64,000 nt of DNA from Faecousia sp. (GTDB lineage Bacteria > Bacillota > Clostridia > Oscillospirales > Oscillospiraceae), in contig JAZNZH010000049.1 in assembly GCA_045594845.1 (NCBI GenBank), positions 16,790-80,789 on the forward strand, written 5' to 3'. Of the stretch, positions 16,732-27,074 are shown one piece after another. Position 1 is the first letter of the stretch, and each line of letters begins with the position of its first letter. The position numbers were made by a program, and so were the translations under genes. The notes beneath the pieces are model-generated. The model ran no database searches, was not told where the DNA came from, and saw nothing but the letters and a program-made list of their open reading frames with translations.

Positions 16732-17604
16732 ATGATGTTACGAGGAAAATTACGAGTTGCAAATATCTTAATGCTGACGGTTGCGGGCATGATCAATGCT
16801 TTTGGCATTACTGTTTTTTTGATGCCGGTGAATCTGTACGACAGCGGTATTTCCGGTACATCTATGCTCCTGGATCAGTTAACGCCGCAAACATTAACTC
16901 TATCCATTTTCCTGCTGGTACTCAATATCCCGCTGTTTTTGTTCGGACTGAAAAAGCAGGGCTGGGTGTTTACAATATATGCGATCTACTCCGTTTGCAT
17001 TTATTCCGTATGCGCCTGGCTGATTACCGATGTACTGCCTATCGATGTGAGTATCGCATCACCCCTGGCGGGCACAGATCTGCTGCTTTGCGCGTTGTTT
17101 GGCGGAGTGATCTCCGGTATCGGCAGCGGTTTGGCCATCCGCTATGGCGGCGCTATGGACGGCATCGAGGTTATGGCAGTGATCTTTGCCAAGCGCCTTG
17201 GCATCACCGTGGGCACTTTTGTAATGGTATATAATGTGCTGCTGTATATTGTGTGCGGTATTGCGCTTAACAGCTGGATCTTGCCCCTTTATTCCATTGT
17301 GACCTATGCCGCGGCACTGAAGACCATCGACTTTATTGTAGACGGCCTGGACAGAGCAAAATGCGCCATTATCATTACGGAGCACCCCCAGGAAATTTGT
17401 GGCAAGCTTAGCGAGCTTTTTGGCAGCGGTGTGACCTATCTGGACGCAAAAGGCGGCTACTCCAACAAAGAAAAATCTATGGTCTATTTCGTGGTGAATC
17501 GTTATCAGATCGTACGCCTGAAAGAAACGGTGCACGAGATCGACCCCTATGCCTATATCACCATCAGCGAAGTTGCGGATGTGTTCTCCAGCAATCATAA
17601 ATGA
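16732..17604 (+). CDS. YitT-family membrane protein (DUF161 plus DUF2179)
   Basis: SGISG, LNIPLF, GGAMDG, KGGYS and IDPYAYITISEV motifs. Confidence 0.9.
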   Translation: MMLRGKLRVANILMLTVAGMINAFGITVFLMPVNLYDSGISGTSMLLDQLTPQTLTLSIFLLVLNIPLFLFGLKKQGWVFTIYAIYSVCIYSVCAWLITDVLPIDVSIASPLAGTDLLLCALFGGVISGIGSGLAIRYGGAMDGIEVMAVIFAKRLGITVGTFVMVYNVLLYIVCGIALNSWILPLYSIVTYAAALKTIDFIVDGLDRAKCAIIITEHPQEICGKLSELFGSGVTYLDAKGGYSNKEKSMVYFVVNRYQIVRLKETVHEIDPYAYITISEVADVFSSNHK

Positions 17605-17641
17605 AAAACAGCCGCCGACCAGAGGGTCGGCTGCTATTTTA
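17605..17641. terminator. Probable bidirectional terminator
   Basis: GCCGACC-agag-GGTCGGC core flanked by A and T runs, between convergent genes. Confidence 0.65.
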
Positions 17642-17647
17642 TGTTTG

Positions 17648-18808
17648 TTAGAACTTTCTCCAAACCATTTTGTTGACCACGCCGGTGTAGGACTGGATCA
17701 GCTTTACCACCTTGGTGGAGACATTCTCTTCCACATAGTCGGGGACGGGAATGCCGTTGTCACCGTTTTGTACCATGGTCACAGCGGTGTCTACTGCCTG
17801 GAGCAGGCTGTGCTCGTCGATGCCTGCCAGCACGAAACCGGCCTTGTCCAGAGACTCGGGACGCTCGGTGGAGGTGCGGATACACACGGCAGGGAAGCTC
17901 TTACCGATAGAGGTGAAGAAGCTGCTCTCCTCCGGCAGGGTGCCGCTGTCGGACACCACCGCAAAGGCGTTCATCTGCAAGCAGTTGTAATCGTGGAAGC
18001 CCAGAGGCTCATGGCGGATCACCCGCTTATCCAGCACGAAGCCGGAGCTTTCCAGGCGGTTGCGGCTTCTGGGATGGCAGGAGTAGAGGATGGGCATATC
18101 GTACTTTTCGGCCATCTTGTTGATAGCGGTGAACAGGCTGGTGAAGTTCTTTTCGGTGTCGATATTCTCCTCCCGGTGGGCAGACAGCAGAATGTACTTG
18201 CCCTTTTCCAGACCCAGGCGGGCGTGGATATCGGAGGCTTCGATCTTAGCAAGATTATTATGGAGCACCTCGGCCATGGGAGAGCCGGTGACATAGGTGC
18301 GCTCCTTGGGAAGACCGCAGTCGGCAAGATACCGGCGGGCGTGCTCGGAGTAGCACAGGTTCACATCGGAGATGATGTCCACGATCCGGCGGTTGGTCTC
18401 CTCAGGCAGGCACTCGTCCTTGCAACGGTTGCCGGCTTCCATATGGAAGATGGGAATATGCAGGCGCTTTGCGCCGATGACACTCAGGCAGGAGTTGGTA
18501 TCACCCAGCACCAGCACGGCATCGGGCTGCAGCTCCACCATCAGCTGATAGCTCTTTGCGATGATGTTGCCCATAGTCTCGCCCAGGTCCCTGCCCACGG
18601 CGTTCAGGTAGACCTCGGGGTCAGCCAGTTCCAGGTCGTGGAAGAACACGCCGTTCAGGTTGTAGTCGTAGTTCTGACCGGTGTGGGCCAGAATGGTGTC
18701 AAAATACTGCCGGCACTTGGTGATCACCGCAGCCAGGCGAATGATCTCCGGGCGGGTGCCCACAATGATCAGGAGTTTGAGTTTACCGTTGTTCTTAAAT
18801 TCAGCCAT
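17648..18808 (-). CDS. fnlC: UDP-sugar 2-epimerase, FnlC/CapG type (UDP-L-FucNAc pathway)
   Basis: VGTRPEIIRL, HTGQNYD, GDTNS, HMEAGNR, SDSGT and STERPE motifs. Confidence 0.9.
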   Translation of the reverse strand: MAEFKNNGKLKLLIIVGTRPEIIRLAAVITKCRQYFDTILAHTGQNYDYNLNGVFFHDLELADPEVYLNAVGRDLGETMGNIIAKSYQLMVELQPDAVLVLGDTNSCLSVIGAKRLHIPIFHMEAGNRCKDECLPEETNRRIVDIISDVNLCYSEHARRYLADCGLPKERTYVTGSPMAEVLHNNLAKIEASDIHARLGLEKGKYILLSAHREENIDTEKNFTSLFTAINKMAEKYDMPILYSCHPRSRNRLESSGFVLDKRVIRHEPLGFHDYNCLQMNAFAVVSDSGTLPEESSFFTSIGKSFPAVCIRTSTERPESLDKAGFVLAGIDEHSLLQAVDTAVTMVQNGDNGIPVPDYVEENVSTKVVKLIQSYTGVVNKMVWRKF

Positions 18809-19997
18809 TTTCTTCCACCTCAAATATATTTAGTTGTCCGTACAGGGTACGGCGCGTGTTGGCTTGGGGGATTGCTTTTATAATGGATTCCCGCTTTCCG
18901 GTGAGGATCTTCCACAGATAGCCAAGTCCCCGGACAGGATAAAATACGATATACAAAAGGCCGCATTTTTCGCAGATGGGGTAGTGGGCCTTGACGGATG
19001 CGTGGAATGTTTTGAAAAGAGTGGTGAGTTTACTCTCTTTGGAGATCATCAGGCCGCTTGCCTGCCGGGTGGTGTCCTTCTGACCGAAATTACCACCGGA
19101 GAGGATGTCCTCCAAAAGCGCCCGGCAAAGAGCCGGGTCTGCCGTTGCCCAATGGGGAACGGGGGTGCCGAAGGCTTCTTTGCAGACACCGGTAAGCACC
19201 GCGGCAAAGCGGTAAAGACCAATCCTTTTCAGCAGGGGCAGGAGATCCTGTTCCCAGAAAGACTCGTCACCGGTTTGGTTTACATAACAACACCAATCCA
19301 TCAGGTGCCGCAGACCCAAACCCTCGCCCAAAAGATGGTGCTGGGAATGGAGCAGCAGGATCAGTCCATGGAGCGCCGGGTCGGGGGCGGCAAATGTGCC
19401 GCTGCCAATGTCTGTGGGCTGGGTGCGCCGGGGAATATCTTTCAGGTACGCTGACAAGACCTCAGCGGGTTTTCCCTCAGGCATACCGGGAAGATCCCGG
19501 TGCATTTCCAGTACACCGCCGGGGGTGTAGTAGGTGATGTGGTGATCGTGCTGTCCCTTATCAAAGCGGTAGCCCAGAGTTTGGAACAGGGTGTGCAGGG
19601 ATTCAAAATCTTCCGGTTGTACCCAGAAATCCACATCGCCTAACGCCCGCAGCTGGGGCTTGGGATAATAGGAGGCAGAGGCCTCGCCCTTTAAAATCAG
19701 GTGGGGGATATTCCGCTCTGTCAGCACAGCGGTCAGTCGTGCCTGGGTATTGCCGGCGTTGATATTAAACATTACCACCTGCATACCGATGCTCCGGATC
19801 TTCTGCTGTACCTCCGGGGGCATCTGAGGCAGGAGCGGCGCAACCGCATCATAAAAGATCAGGCTGACAGCCTGCTGGCCCGCCTCCTTGCATACCTTTT
19901 TCCAGTCGCAGTCGGTGTCCGGCAGGGGCATATCGGGGGATATGGCGTGCCGCAGCACGGCCAGGAGTACGCTCTGTTCCTGGGTCAAGGGGTTCAC
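18801..19997 (-). CDS. Nucleotidyltransferase-family protein (NTP_transf_5-like)
   Basis: ILKG...YPKPQLRALGDVDFWV, LEMH and GLRHLMDW motifs. Confidence 0.82.
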   Translation of the reverse strand: MNPLTQEQSVLLAVLRHAISPDMPLPDTDCDWKKVCKEAGQQAVSLIFYDAVAPLLPQMPPEVQQKIRSIGMQVVMFNINAGNTQARLTAVLTERNIPHLILKGEASASYYPKPQLRALGDVDFWVQPEDFESLHTLFQTLGYRFDKGQHDHHITYYTPGGVLEMHRDLPGMPEGKPAEVLSAYLKDIPRRTQPTDIGSGTFAAPDPALHGLILLLHSQHHLLGEGLGLRHLMDWCCYVNQTGDESFWEQDLLPLLKRIGLYRFAAVLTGVCKEAFGTPVPHWATADPALCRALLEDILSGGNFGQKDTTRQASGLMISKESKLTTLFKTFHASVKAHYPICEKCGLLYIVFYPVRGLGYLWKILTGKRESIIKAIPQANTRRTLYGQLNIFEVEENG

Positions 19998-20001
19998 CTC
20001 G

Positions 20002-21198
20002 TTACTCTACGATCTCAAAGAAGGTATCCGGTTTTGCGGGGTCAAAACTTTCATTGGCCCACATCACTGTCACCAGATTTTCTGTTTCGGAAAGGTTGAT
20101 AATGTTGTGGGTGTAGCCGGGGAGCATATGGATCGCCTGGATCTTGTCGCCGGAGACCTCAAAGTTCAGCACTTCCTCTGTGCCGATCTTACGCTGCTGG
20201 ATCAGGGCGCGGCCTGCCACCACAATGAAGAATTCCCATTTGGTGTTGTGCCAGTGCTGACCCTTGGTAATGCCGGGTTTTGAGATGTTCACAGAGAACT
20301 GACCGCAATTTTCGGTTTTCAGCAGTTCCGTAAAGCTGCCCCGGTCGTCGCAGTTCATCTTCAGGTCGAAGATGGCTTTTTCCTTAGGCAGGTAGGAAAG
20401 GTAAGTGCTGTAAAGCTTCTTTGCAAAACTGCCGTTGGGGATCTGGGGCATCAGCAAAGTAGCAGGCTGATCCCGGAATGCGTGGAGCAGATCCACGATC
20501 TCACCCAAGGTTGCTTTGTGGCTCACAGGAGCGGCACAGTAGCGGCCGTTATCCTGCAGGACAGTATCGATACCGTCGAATTCACAGCGGTGCTCACGGC
20601 CCTCCAGGGCGTCCAGCATCTCGTCTACCAGGTCGTCGATGTACAACAATTCCAGGCAGACGCTGGGGTCATTGACCTGAATGGGCAGGTCGTTTGCAAT
20701 GTTGTTGCAGAAGGTGGCCACGGCGCTGTTGTAGTTGGGGCGGCACCACTTGCCGAACAGGTTGGGGAAGCGGTATACCAGCACCTTGGCGCCGGTTTCT
20801 TCACCATAGGTGAACATCAGCTCTTCACCGGCCTTTTTGCTCCGGCCGTAGTCGCTGTCATAGCGGCCGATGCAGGTAGCCTGAATGGAAGAGGAGATCA
20901 TTACCGGGCAGGTGTTGCCGCAGGCTTTCAGTGTGTCCAGCAGGGTGGAGGCAAAGCCGAAATTGCCCTGCATAAATTCTTCCTGGTTCTGGGGACGGTT
21001 TACACCCGCCAGATTAAATACGAAATCTGCCTTTTCGCAAAACTGGGGCAGGAGGGCAGGATCGGTGTCGATGTCGTATTCGAAAATTTCCTCAACGGTG
21101 AGGTTACGGGTGCGGTTTTTGCCGTCCCGGATGGTCTTCAAATTCTCCACCAGATTACGGCCTACAAAACCTTTTGCACCGGTTACTAAAATATTCAT
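20002..21198 (-). CDS. fnlB: FnlB/CapF: SDR reductase with C-terminal cupin epimerase
   Basis: TGAKGFVG, LAGVNRP, YGRSK, FGKWCRPNYNS and KGQHWHNTKWE motifs. Confidence 0.92.
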   Translation of the reverse strand: MNILVTGAKGFVGRNLVENLKTIRDGKNRTRNLTVEEIFEYDIDTDPALLPQFCEKADFVFNLAGVNRPQNQEEFMQGNFGFASTLLDTLKACGNTCPVMISSSIQATCIGRYDSDYGRSKKAGEELMFTYGEETGAKVLVYRFPNLFGKWCRPNYNSAVATFCNNIANDLPIQVNDPSVCLELLYIDDLVDEMLDALEGREHRCEFDGIDTVLQDNGRYCAAPVSHKATLGEIVDLLHAFRDQPATLLMPQIPNGSFAKKLYSTYLSYLPKEKAIFDLKMNCDDRGSFTELLKTENCGQFSVNISKPGITKGQHWHNTKWEFFIVVAGRALIQQRKIGTEEVLNFEVSGDKIQAIHMLPGYTHNIINLSETENLVTVMWANESFDPAKPDTFFEIVE

Positions 21199-21199
21199 A

Positions 21200-22243
21200 T
21201 TATTTCTCCCAGGCGGCCAGCTCGTCCCGGATGTACTGCAGGCTGAGCAGCTTTTCTTTGACCTGCTCCACATTCAGCAGCTCGGTGTTGCTGGAATTGA
21301 ACTCGGTGAGGGGGTTGCGCTCGATGTTGCCTTCTTTGAAGAACTTGTCGTAGTTCAGGCCGCGCTTGTCACAGGGGACACGGTAGAAATCGCCCATATC
21401 GATGGCACCTGCGCACTCTTCGTTGGTCAGCAGAGTTTCGTACATCTTCTCGCCGTGGCGGATGCCGATGACCTTGATCTCGTGGCCGGGGGCAAACAGA
21501 CCGGTGACGGCCTGCGCCAGCACCTCGATGGTGCAGGCAGGTGCTTTTTGCACCAGGATATCGCCGGAAGCGCCGTTTTCAAAGGCAAACAGCACCAGAT
21601 CCACAGCCTCATCCAGGCTCATAATGAATCGGGTCATGGAGGGCTCGGTGATGGTGATGGGATTGCCGGCCTTGATCTGCTCAATCCAAAGAGGAATCAC
21701 AGAACCGCGGCTGCACATCACATTGCCATAACGGGTGCAGCAGATCTTGGTCTTTTCGGGAGACACGGTGCGGCTCTTTGCCACAATAACCTTCTCCATC
21801 ATAGCCTTGGAAGTACCCATGGCGTTGACGGGGTAAGCGGCCTTGTCGGTAGACAGGCACACGATGTTCTTTACGCCGGCGTCAATGGCGGCGGTGAGCA
21901 CATTCTCGGTGCCCAGCACATTGGTCTTCACAGCCTCAATGGGGAAGAACTCGCAGGAGGGGACCTGCTTCAGGGCAGCGGCATGGAAGATGTAGTCCAC
22001 ACCGTGCATAGCGTTCTTCACGGAAGCCAGGTCACGGACATCGCCGATATAGAACTTGATCTTCTCAGCAACTTCGGGCATCTTAGCCTGAAATTCGTGA
22101 CGCATATCGTCCTGCTTCTTCTCGTCACGGGAGAAAATGCGGATCTCGCCGATATCGGTCTGCAGGAAACGGTTCAGGACTGCGTTACCGAAGCTGCCGG
22201 TACCGCCGGTGATCATCAGAGTTTTGTTTTCAAAAAGAGACAT
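21200..22243 (-). CDS. fnlA: FnlA/CapE: UDP-GlcNAc 4,6-dehydratase/epimerase
   Basis: TGGTGSFG, SRDEKKQDDMR, AALKQVPSCEFFP, STDKA and RYGNVMCSRGSV motifs. Confidence 0.93.
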   Translation of the reverse strand: MSLFENKTLMITGGTGSFGNAVLNRFLQTDIGEIRIFSRDEKKQDDMRHEFQAKMPEVAEKIKFYIGDVRDLASVKNAMHGVDYIFHAAALKQVPSCEFFPIEAVKTNVLGTENVLTAAIDAGVKNIVCLSTDKAAYPVNAMGTSKAMMEKVIVAKSRTVSPEKTKICCTRYGNVMCSRGSVIPLWIEQIKAGNPITITEPSMTRFIMSLDEAVDLVLFAFENGASGDILVQKAPACTIEVLAQAVTGLFAPGHEIKVIGIRHGEKMYETLLTNEECAGAIDMGDFYRVPCDKRGLNYDKFFKEGNIERNPLTEFNSSNTELLNVEQVKEKLLSLQYIRDELAAWEK

Positions 22244-22264
22244 AACAGATTCCTTCCTTTATGT

Positions 22265-23086
22265 TTATTTCCAGATAGCATCGAAGCTGTGGTGGGTGAC
22301 TTGTTTTTCCGGAGGAGGCGGCGTCATATAGTCGCCGTAGAGGGTGCTCAGATAGGTATCGTAATCGGCGGGACCGAAATAAGTTCTACCTTCAAAGGGA
22401 TACTCCTTGACCTGTGCAAAGCAGGAATAGGGAACTACCTCGCGGTCGCCCCAGGGGCTGTGGAGGTTAGAGACCCAGCCGGTGGGTTCCGGGGAGGAAA
22501 CGCTGACTGCTCTGGCGTCCCGGTCCATTGCAATCCGGTGCAGGGAGCGGGGGCATAAAAGCCGGCCGGCCAGAATGAGGGCGTTCTTCCAAAGGGAGCG
22601 GCCCTTTCGGGTTTCCATATATTTCAGGTCTTCCAGAGTGGTTTTCAAATTTCTGCGGTAATAACCGGTTAGTTCCGGAGAACCTTTTTCTACGTGGTCC
22701 AGGATGAATACATCCACATAAGCGCCGATGGGAGGCGCTTTGAACACCTGTTCCCGCAGGGAGATCCGGGTGTCGATCACTTTGCCGAAGGGCAGGTAGT
22801 AATCTGGATTTCGCTGGGTGCATCGCAGTTCGTAATGCTTATCACTGTGGAACAGACGGCAGAATTTCTCGTAATCTGCCCGGAACATACCGATGTCCAG
22901 ATCGTCATCCCAGGGAATGAAGCCCTGATGCCGTACAGAACCCAGCAGAGTGCCTTGCATCAAAAAGTATTGAATATTGTGTTCCTGGCAGAAGCTGTGG
23001 ATCTCGTCCATAATGCCGAGAATGCTTTGCTTCAGGTCCTGGTTGGAAACCGGTTGCCCGGAACGGGGAAGGTTGGGAGTATTCAT
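22265..23086 (-). CDS. LicD-family phosphotransferase
   Basis: GTLLGSVRHQGFIPWDDDLDIGM, DVF and YGDYMTPPP motifs. Confidence 0.92.
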   Translation of the reverse strand: MNTPNLPRSGQPVSNQDLKQSILGIMDEIHSFCQEHNIQYFLMQGTLLGSVRHQGFIPWDDDLDIGMFRADYEKFCRLFHSDKHYELRCTQRNPDYYLPFGKVIDTRISLREQVFKAPPIGAYVDVFILDHVEKGSPELTGYYRRNLKTTLEDLKYMETRKGRSLWKNALILAGRLLCPRSLHRIAMDRDARAVSVSSPEPTGWVSNLHSPWGDREVVPYSCFAQVKEYPFEGRTYFGPADYDTYLSTLYGDYMTPPPPEKQVTHHSFDAIWK

Positions 23087-23131
23087 TGCAATTCTCCTTA
23101 AGTGAAATGAAAGTCAATCGGGAAGGAGTTT

Positions 23132-24262
23132 TTACCGCGGTTCTTCCAGCGCGTTCTTCAGATACTCCATAGAGTCCTGACGCAGTCGGGAAAGGTTGCT
23201 TTGTACGTTGTCCCAGTCGATCTTGCGGTCTTCGGGGACGGTGGGGTTGCTGGCAGGCAGCATCAGTTCGGTAGCTCCTACCTGGTTCAGCAGGGAGGTA
23301 ATGCGCTCGTGGAGGGCTTTCTCCGGGGGCAGAGTGTCGTTGATGGGAATGTAGCATTCCTTGCCGAAGTTGACGCTGAAAGCGGTGCCGTGGAAGGAAT
23401 TGGTGACCACATACTCAGCGCCGGCAAAATAACGCAGGAACTCTGCAGGACCGGCCTTGATGTCGGTCTCACCGGCAGGATAGGAGAACACCTTGTGTTC
23501 CTTGATGCCCAGGCGCATAATGGGCAGACCGGTTTTTTTGTGGAGCTGTTGGGCAATGGACTCAATGGCATCGGTAACCAACTTGTCACCGGGCATAAAG
23601 TAGCACAGGATGCCGTTGAAGGCCTTTGCCTTTTCAGAGGCATTTTCCATCATGGGCGCCCAGGTCTGCTTATCCAGCAGCAGGGTGGGATCCACGCAGG
23701 TGGCGGCTTTTTTGCCGCACAGGTCTGCTACGATGGCTTCGCCGCTTTTCTCACGAACGGAGATGTGGGAAAACTCGCTGAGGAGTTTTCCGCATTTTTC
23801 TTTATAGGATTCCTCAAAGTCGGCTTTACCGAAGCTGGAGGCAAAGGAGATTTTTTTCTTTCCCGCAGAAACAAAATCCAGGAAATAGCTGTAGTCAAAG
23901 ATGAACAGCTTAGGGTTCCAGATCTGGTCGCTGCCGGAGATGTACACATCATAATCACCCGGGTCAGCTCGCAGCGCGTCGTTATTGCCGTAGTATTTAG
24001 CGGTTAGAGGAATGTAACTTTCCCGGAAAGCATCGAAGCGCTTTTTGCGCTGATTCTGGGTCAGGATAGTCTTGACCATACGGAATGCCTTATATTTCAG
24101 AAGACCGGCCGCAGACAATCCGTAGGTCATCCGGGCGTAGTTCTGGTAGCGGTATACTGTGGCTTCGTGGCCCAAAGTCTTAATGGCGTGGGCGAGGCCA
24201 CAGGTCTGCAGAGCGGCGCCGTAGTTGTCTGACAGCGCAAGGGTCATAATGGCAGTTTTCAT
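23132..24262 (-). CDS. Polysaccharide pyruvyl transferase family protein
   Basis: NYGAALQ, GSDQIWN, SVRE, DPTLL and TNSFHGTAFS motifs. Confidence 0.9.
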   Translation of the reverse strand: MKTAIMTLALSDNYGAALQTCGLAHAIKTLGHEATVYRYQNYARMTYGLSAAGLLKYKAFRMVKTILTQNQRKKRFDAFRESYIPLTAKYYGNNDALRADPGDYDVYISGSDQIWNPKLFIFDYSYFLDFVSAGKKKISFASSFGKADFEESYKEKCGKLLSEFSHISVREKSGEAIVADLCGKKAATCVDPTLLLDKQTWAPMMENASEKAKAFNGILCYFMPGDKLVTDAIESIAQQLHKKTGLPIMRLGIKEHKVFSYPAGETDIKAGPAEFLRYFAGAEYVVTNSFHGTAFSVNFGKECYIPINDTLPPEKALHERITSLLNQVGATELMLPASNPTVPEDRKIDWDNVQSNLSRLRQDSMEYLKNALEEPR

Positions 24263-24286
24263 AGTTTCACTCTCCGGGAAATTGAG

Positions 24287-25393
24287 TTATTTCAGGATAA
24301 TGTCACAGATGCGGTCGACTTCTTCCAGGGGAAGATCCGCATACAAGGGCAGGGTCAGCACCCGGCTTGCAATGTGGGCAGCGGTGGGTGTTTTTTCTGC
24401 GCCGGCGGTGGGGTAGTCGGCATAGCACTCAATATGGTTGGTCAGGGGGTAGAAATACTTTCTGGCCAGGATGTTTTCGGCTTTGAGATTTTCAAAGATT
24501 TCATCCCGGGTCAGTTTATAGCCGTCGAACACCACGGGGAAGTAGGCGTAGTTGGATTCCACACCGTCCTGTTCGGGGCAGAGTCGGATGCCGGGAACAC
24601 CGGAAAGATGCTTGCGGTAGCGTTCCACCACGGCTTTGCGCTTTGCAATCTCTTGGCTGACGTGCCGCAGGTTGCAAAGACCCATAGCGGCCTGGAATTC
24701 GCTCATTTTGGCGTTGCCGCCAATGTAGGCGATGCTCTCCTGACCGCGAATACCAAAATTCTTCAGGTCGTTGAGAACCTGTACCATAGCATCGTCATGG
24801 AAGCAAACGGCGCCGCCCTCCACGGTGTTATACACTTTGGTGGCGTGGAAGCTGAACATGGAAGCATCACCAAAATTAGCAGCGCTGACGCCGTTCTTCC
24901 GGACACCGAAGGCGTGGGCGGCATCGTAGATCACTTTCAGATTATGCTTTTTTGCAATGGCTGCAATGGCTTCTGTATTGCACAGGTTGCCATAGACATG
25001 CACCGGCACGATGGCCACGGTTTTTTCGGTGATCAGGCTTTCCAGCTTATCCACATCCAGAGTGTAATCCACATCGTTGATGTCGCAGAACACGGGAACA
25101 AGACCGTTGCGGACGATGGCATGGGTGGTGGAAACAAAGGTGAAAGGAGTGGTGATCACCTCACCGCCTTTGGGTAGATCCAAAGCGGCAATGACGTTCT
25201 CCAAGGCTAGATGACCGTTGGTGTAAAGGGTAACGTGAGGCACTTGGAGAAATGCTTCCAGCTGAGCCTGTAAAGCTTGGTGCTTTACGCCCATATTGGT
25301 GAGCCATTTGGTGTCCCAAAGATCTCGAATTTCCTCGCAGTACTCCTCAAAGGATGGCATAGAGGATTGGGTTACTAATATTGTTTTTGACAT
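24287..25393 (-). CDS. DegT/DnrJ sugar aminotransferase, VioA-like
   Basis: WLTNMG, YDAAHAFGV, SFHATKVYNTVEGG, NAKMSEFQAA and RKYFYPL motifs. Confidence 0.88.
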   Translation of the reverse strand: MSKTILVTQSSMPSFEEYCEEIRDLWDTKWLTNMGVKHQALQAQLEAFLQVPHVTLYTNGHLALENVIAALDLPKGGEVITTPFTFVSTTHAIVRNGLVPVFCDINDVDYTLDVDKLESLITEKTVAIVPVHVYGNLCNTEAIAAIAKKHNLKVIYDAAHAFGVRKNGVSAANFGDASMFSFHATKVYNTVEGGAVCFHDDAMVQVLNDLKNFGIRGQESIAYIGGNAKMSEFQAAMGLCNLRHVSQEIAKRKAVVERYRKHLSGVPGIRLCPEQDGVESNYAYFPVVFDGYKLTRDEIFENLKAENILARKYFYPLTNHIECYADYPTAGAEKTPTAAHIASRVLTLPLYADLPLEEVDRICDIILK

Positions 25394-25396
25394 AAA

Positions 25397-25681
25397 TTAG
25401 CCTTCCTTCTTTTCGCGCTTCTTGCCTACGGATTTGATGGACAGACTTTCCTCTCCGGAAACATACTGACCGATCAGACCGACGATAACAGAGACAGAGG
25501 CACCTAAAATAACCCATTTATAATAATCTTCATAAAGGAATACCGCAATGTTGTTGCCGGTTTCGCCGCCGATGCACAGGGCGACAACAAAGGGGATCAG
25601 GGGCAGGATGCCGGCAAAAAAGGAAATGGTCATTAAAATACCGTAAATTTTGTGAATTACATTATAAATCTTTTCACGCAT
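25397..25681 (-). CDS. Small two-TM membrane protein, probable partner of the adjacent permease
   Basis: 94 aa with two hydrophobic segments and a basic tail; AGGAGG SD; directly after the DctM-like gene. Confidence 0.75.
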   Translation of the reverse strand: MREKIYNVIHKIYGILMTISFFAGILPLIPFVVALCIGGETGNNIAVFLYEDYYKWVILGASVSVIVGLIGQYVSGEESLSIKSVGKKREKKEG

Positions 25682-25700
25682 AAGTTACACCTCCTAATGA

Positions 25701-27059
25701 TCAAAGACCCATAAGGGGCACCCAGCCCATCAGGGTAAGGATAGACAGTATGTAGTGGACAGTTATCCACACCATATTGTTTTTTAATGTAGGCTTCAGT
25801 TCTGCATCGGCAATACCCATTGCAATGTAAACGCAGGTACAGTAAGGAGGCGTGACGCCGTGCATAGCACCGCAGATACAGGGGAGCATTGCTGCGGCGA
25901 TCATAGGATTGCCGCCGGCTGCGGCCAAAATGGAAATGATCACACCGCCGAAGATCTTGACCTGGGTAGAACCGGGAATCAAGCAGCCCAGAAGAGCGGT
26001 GAACAGAGGCAGAATCAGAACAAGTGCCAAAAGAGGCAGGTTCAGCTTGTTGATCAGCTCACCCAGAGCCAGCTCCAGCTTAATATCCACGAACACATTG
26101 CTCAGGCAGTATGCAAACAGTACCAGCGCAGAGGTGGGAACAACGCTCTTCATACCCTTTTGAATGTAGCCGTGCATATTGGGCATGGTCATTTTCTTCC
26201 GGGACTCCTTGTCGGACAGGAAGAGGGCGGCAACCACGATCAGAGAGGGCAGGAACAGCAGAATACTGTTGGAGAATGCTTTGCTGCCGGCTTCGCCCAG
26301 TTGACGGGTGAAGAAATCGCTGAACTGATTGGTCAGCAGGAAGGGCAGGAAGACAATGACAGGCAGGAAAAGTGCGCGCCAGCCCCGCTTGACGGTCTGC
26401 CAGAAGTCAGGCAGATCTTCCTTAGCCATAGGTTTTACCTTATAGTGGCGGCACATCAGCATCATAGTGACGATCCGCTGCAAGACAAACCACAGAGCAA
26501 TGCTCCACAGTACGGTCCAGAACTGGGAAATGGTGTATGTGTTGGGGTACAGCGTATCCAGCGCGGCAAAGGCAATGGCGATCATACCGGCAGGGGGGAT
26601 CATATTGCCCATAGTACTAGCGTGAGCCTCTACGTTTGCTGCCAGGTGAGGGGGAAAACCGCCCTTGATCATTGCAGGGATGGTAAACACGCCGGTGGTG
26701 GCCACGTTGCCCGGGCCGGAGCCGGACAGACTGCCCATATAGGCGCTGCCGATGATAGCAACAAAGCCTGCGCCGCCGGGAAGTCTGCCAAAGAAGGAAA
26801 TGATCATTGCAATACAATCGTCAATCACTCTGGTCTTAGACAAAAGCGATGCAGAGATGACAAATACAATGATGACATACAATGTGGGTTCCGTGATGGC
26901 ATCCCAGATGTACTGCCAGAGGTTGTTGATATTGCCGGTGACTACCACCAATATCAGGAAGGCAGCCAGCATACACTCATACAGCGGCCGTTTCAGGAAA
27001 GAAAAGCCGATGATGGCAATGGCAAACACCATTATCAAATACAAAAATTCAATAGGCAT
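25701..27059 (-). CDS. TRAP DctM-like / ion-transporter superfamily permease
   Basis: About 12 hydrophobic segments; GRLPGG, GSLSGSG, TIPAM, MGNMIPP and GVTPP motifs typical of DctM. Confidence 0.82.
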   Translation of the reverse strand: MPIEFLYLIMVFAIAIIGFSFLKRPLYECMLAAFLILVVVTGNINNLWQYIWDAITEPTLYVIIVFVISASLLSKTRVIDDCIAMIISFFGRLPGGAGFVAIIGSAYMGSLSGSGPGNVATTGVFTIPAMIKGGFPPHLAANVEAHASTMGNMIPPAGMIAIAFAALDTLYPNTYTISQFWTVLWSIALWFVLQRIVTMMLMCRHYKVKPMAKEDLPDFWQTVKRGWRALFLPVIVFLPFLLTNQFSDFFTRQLGEAGSKAFSNSILLFLPSLIVVAALFLSDKESRKKMTMPNMHGYIQKGMKSVVPTSALVLFAYCLSNVFVDIKLELALGELINKLNLPLLALVLILPLFTALLGCLIPGSTQVKIFGGVIISILAAAGGNPMIAAAMLPCICGAMHGVTPPYCTCVYIAMGIADAELKPTLKNNMVWITVHYILSILTLMGWVPLMGL

Positions 27060-27074
27060 AAGATTATTCTCCTT

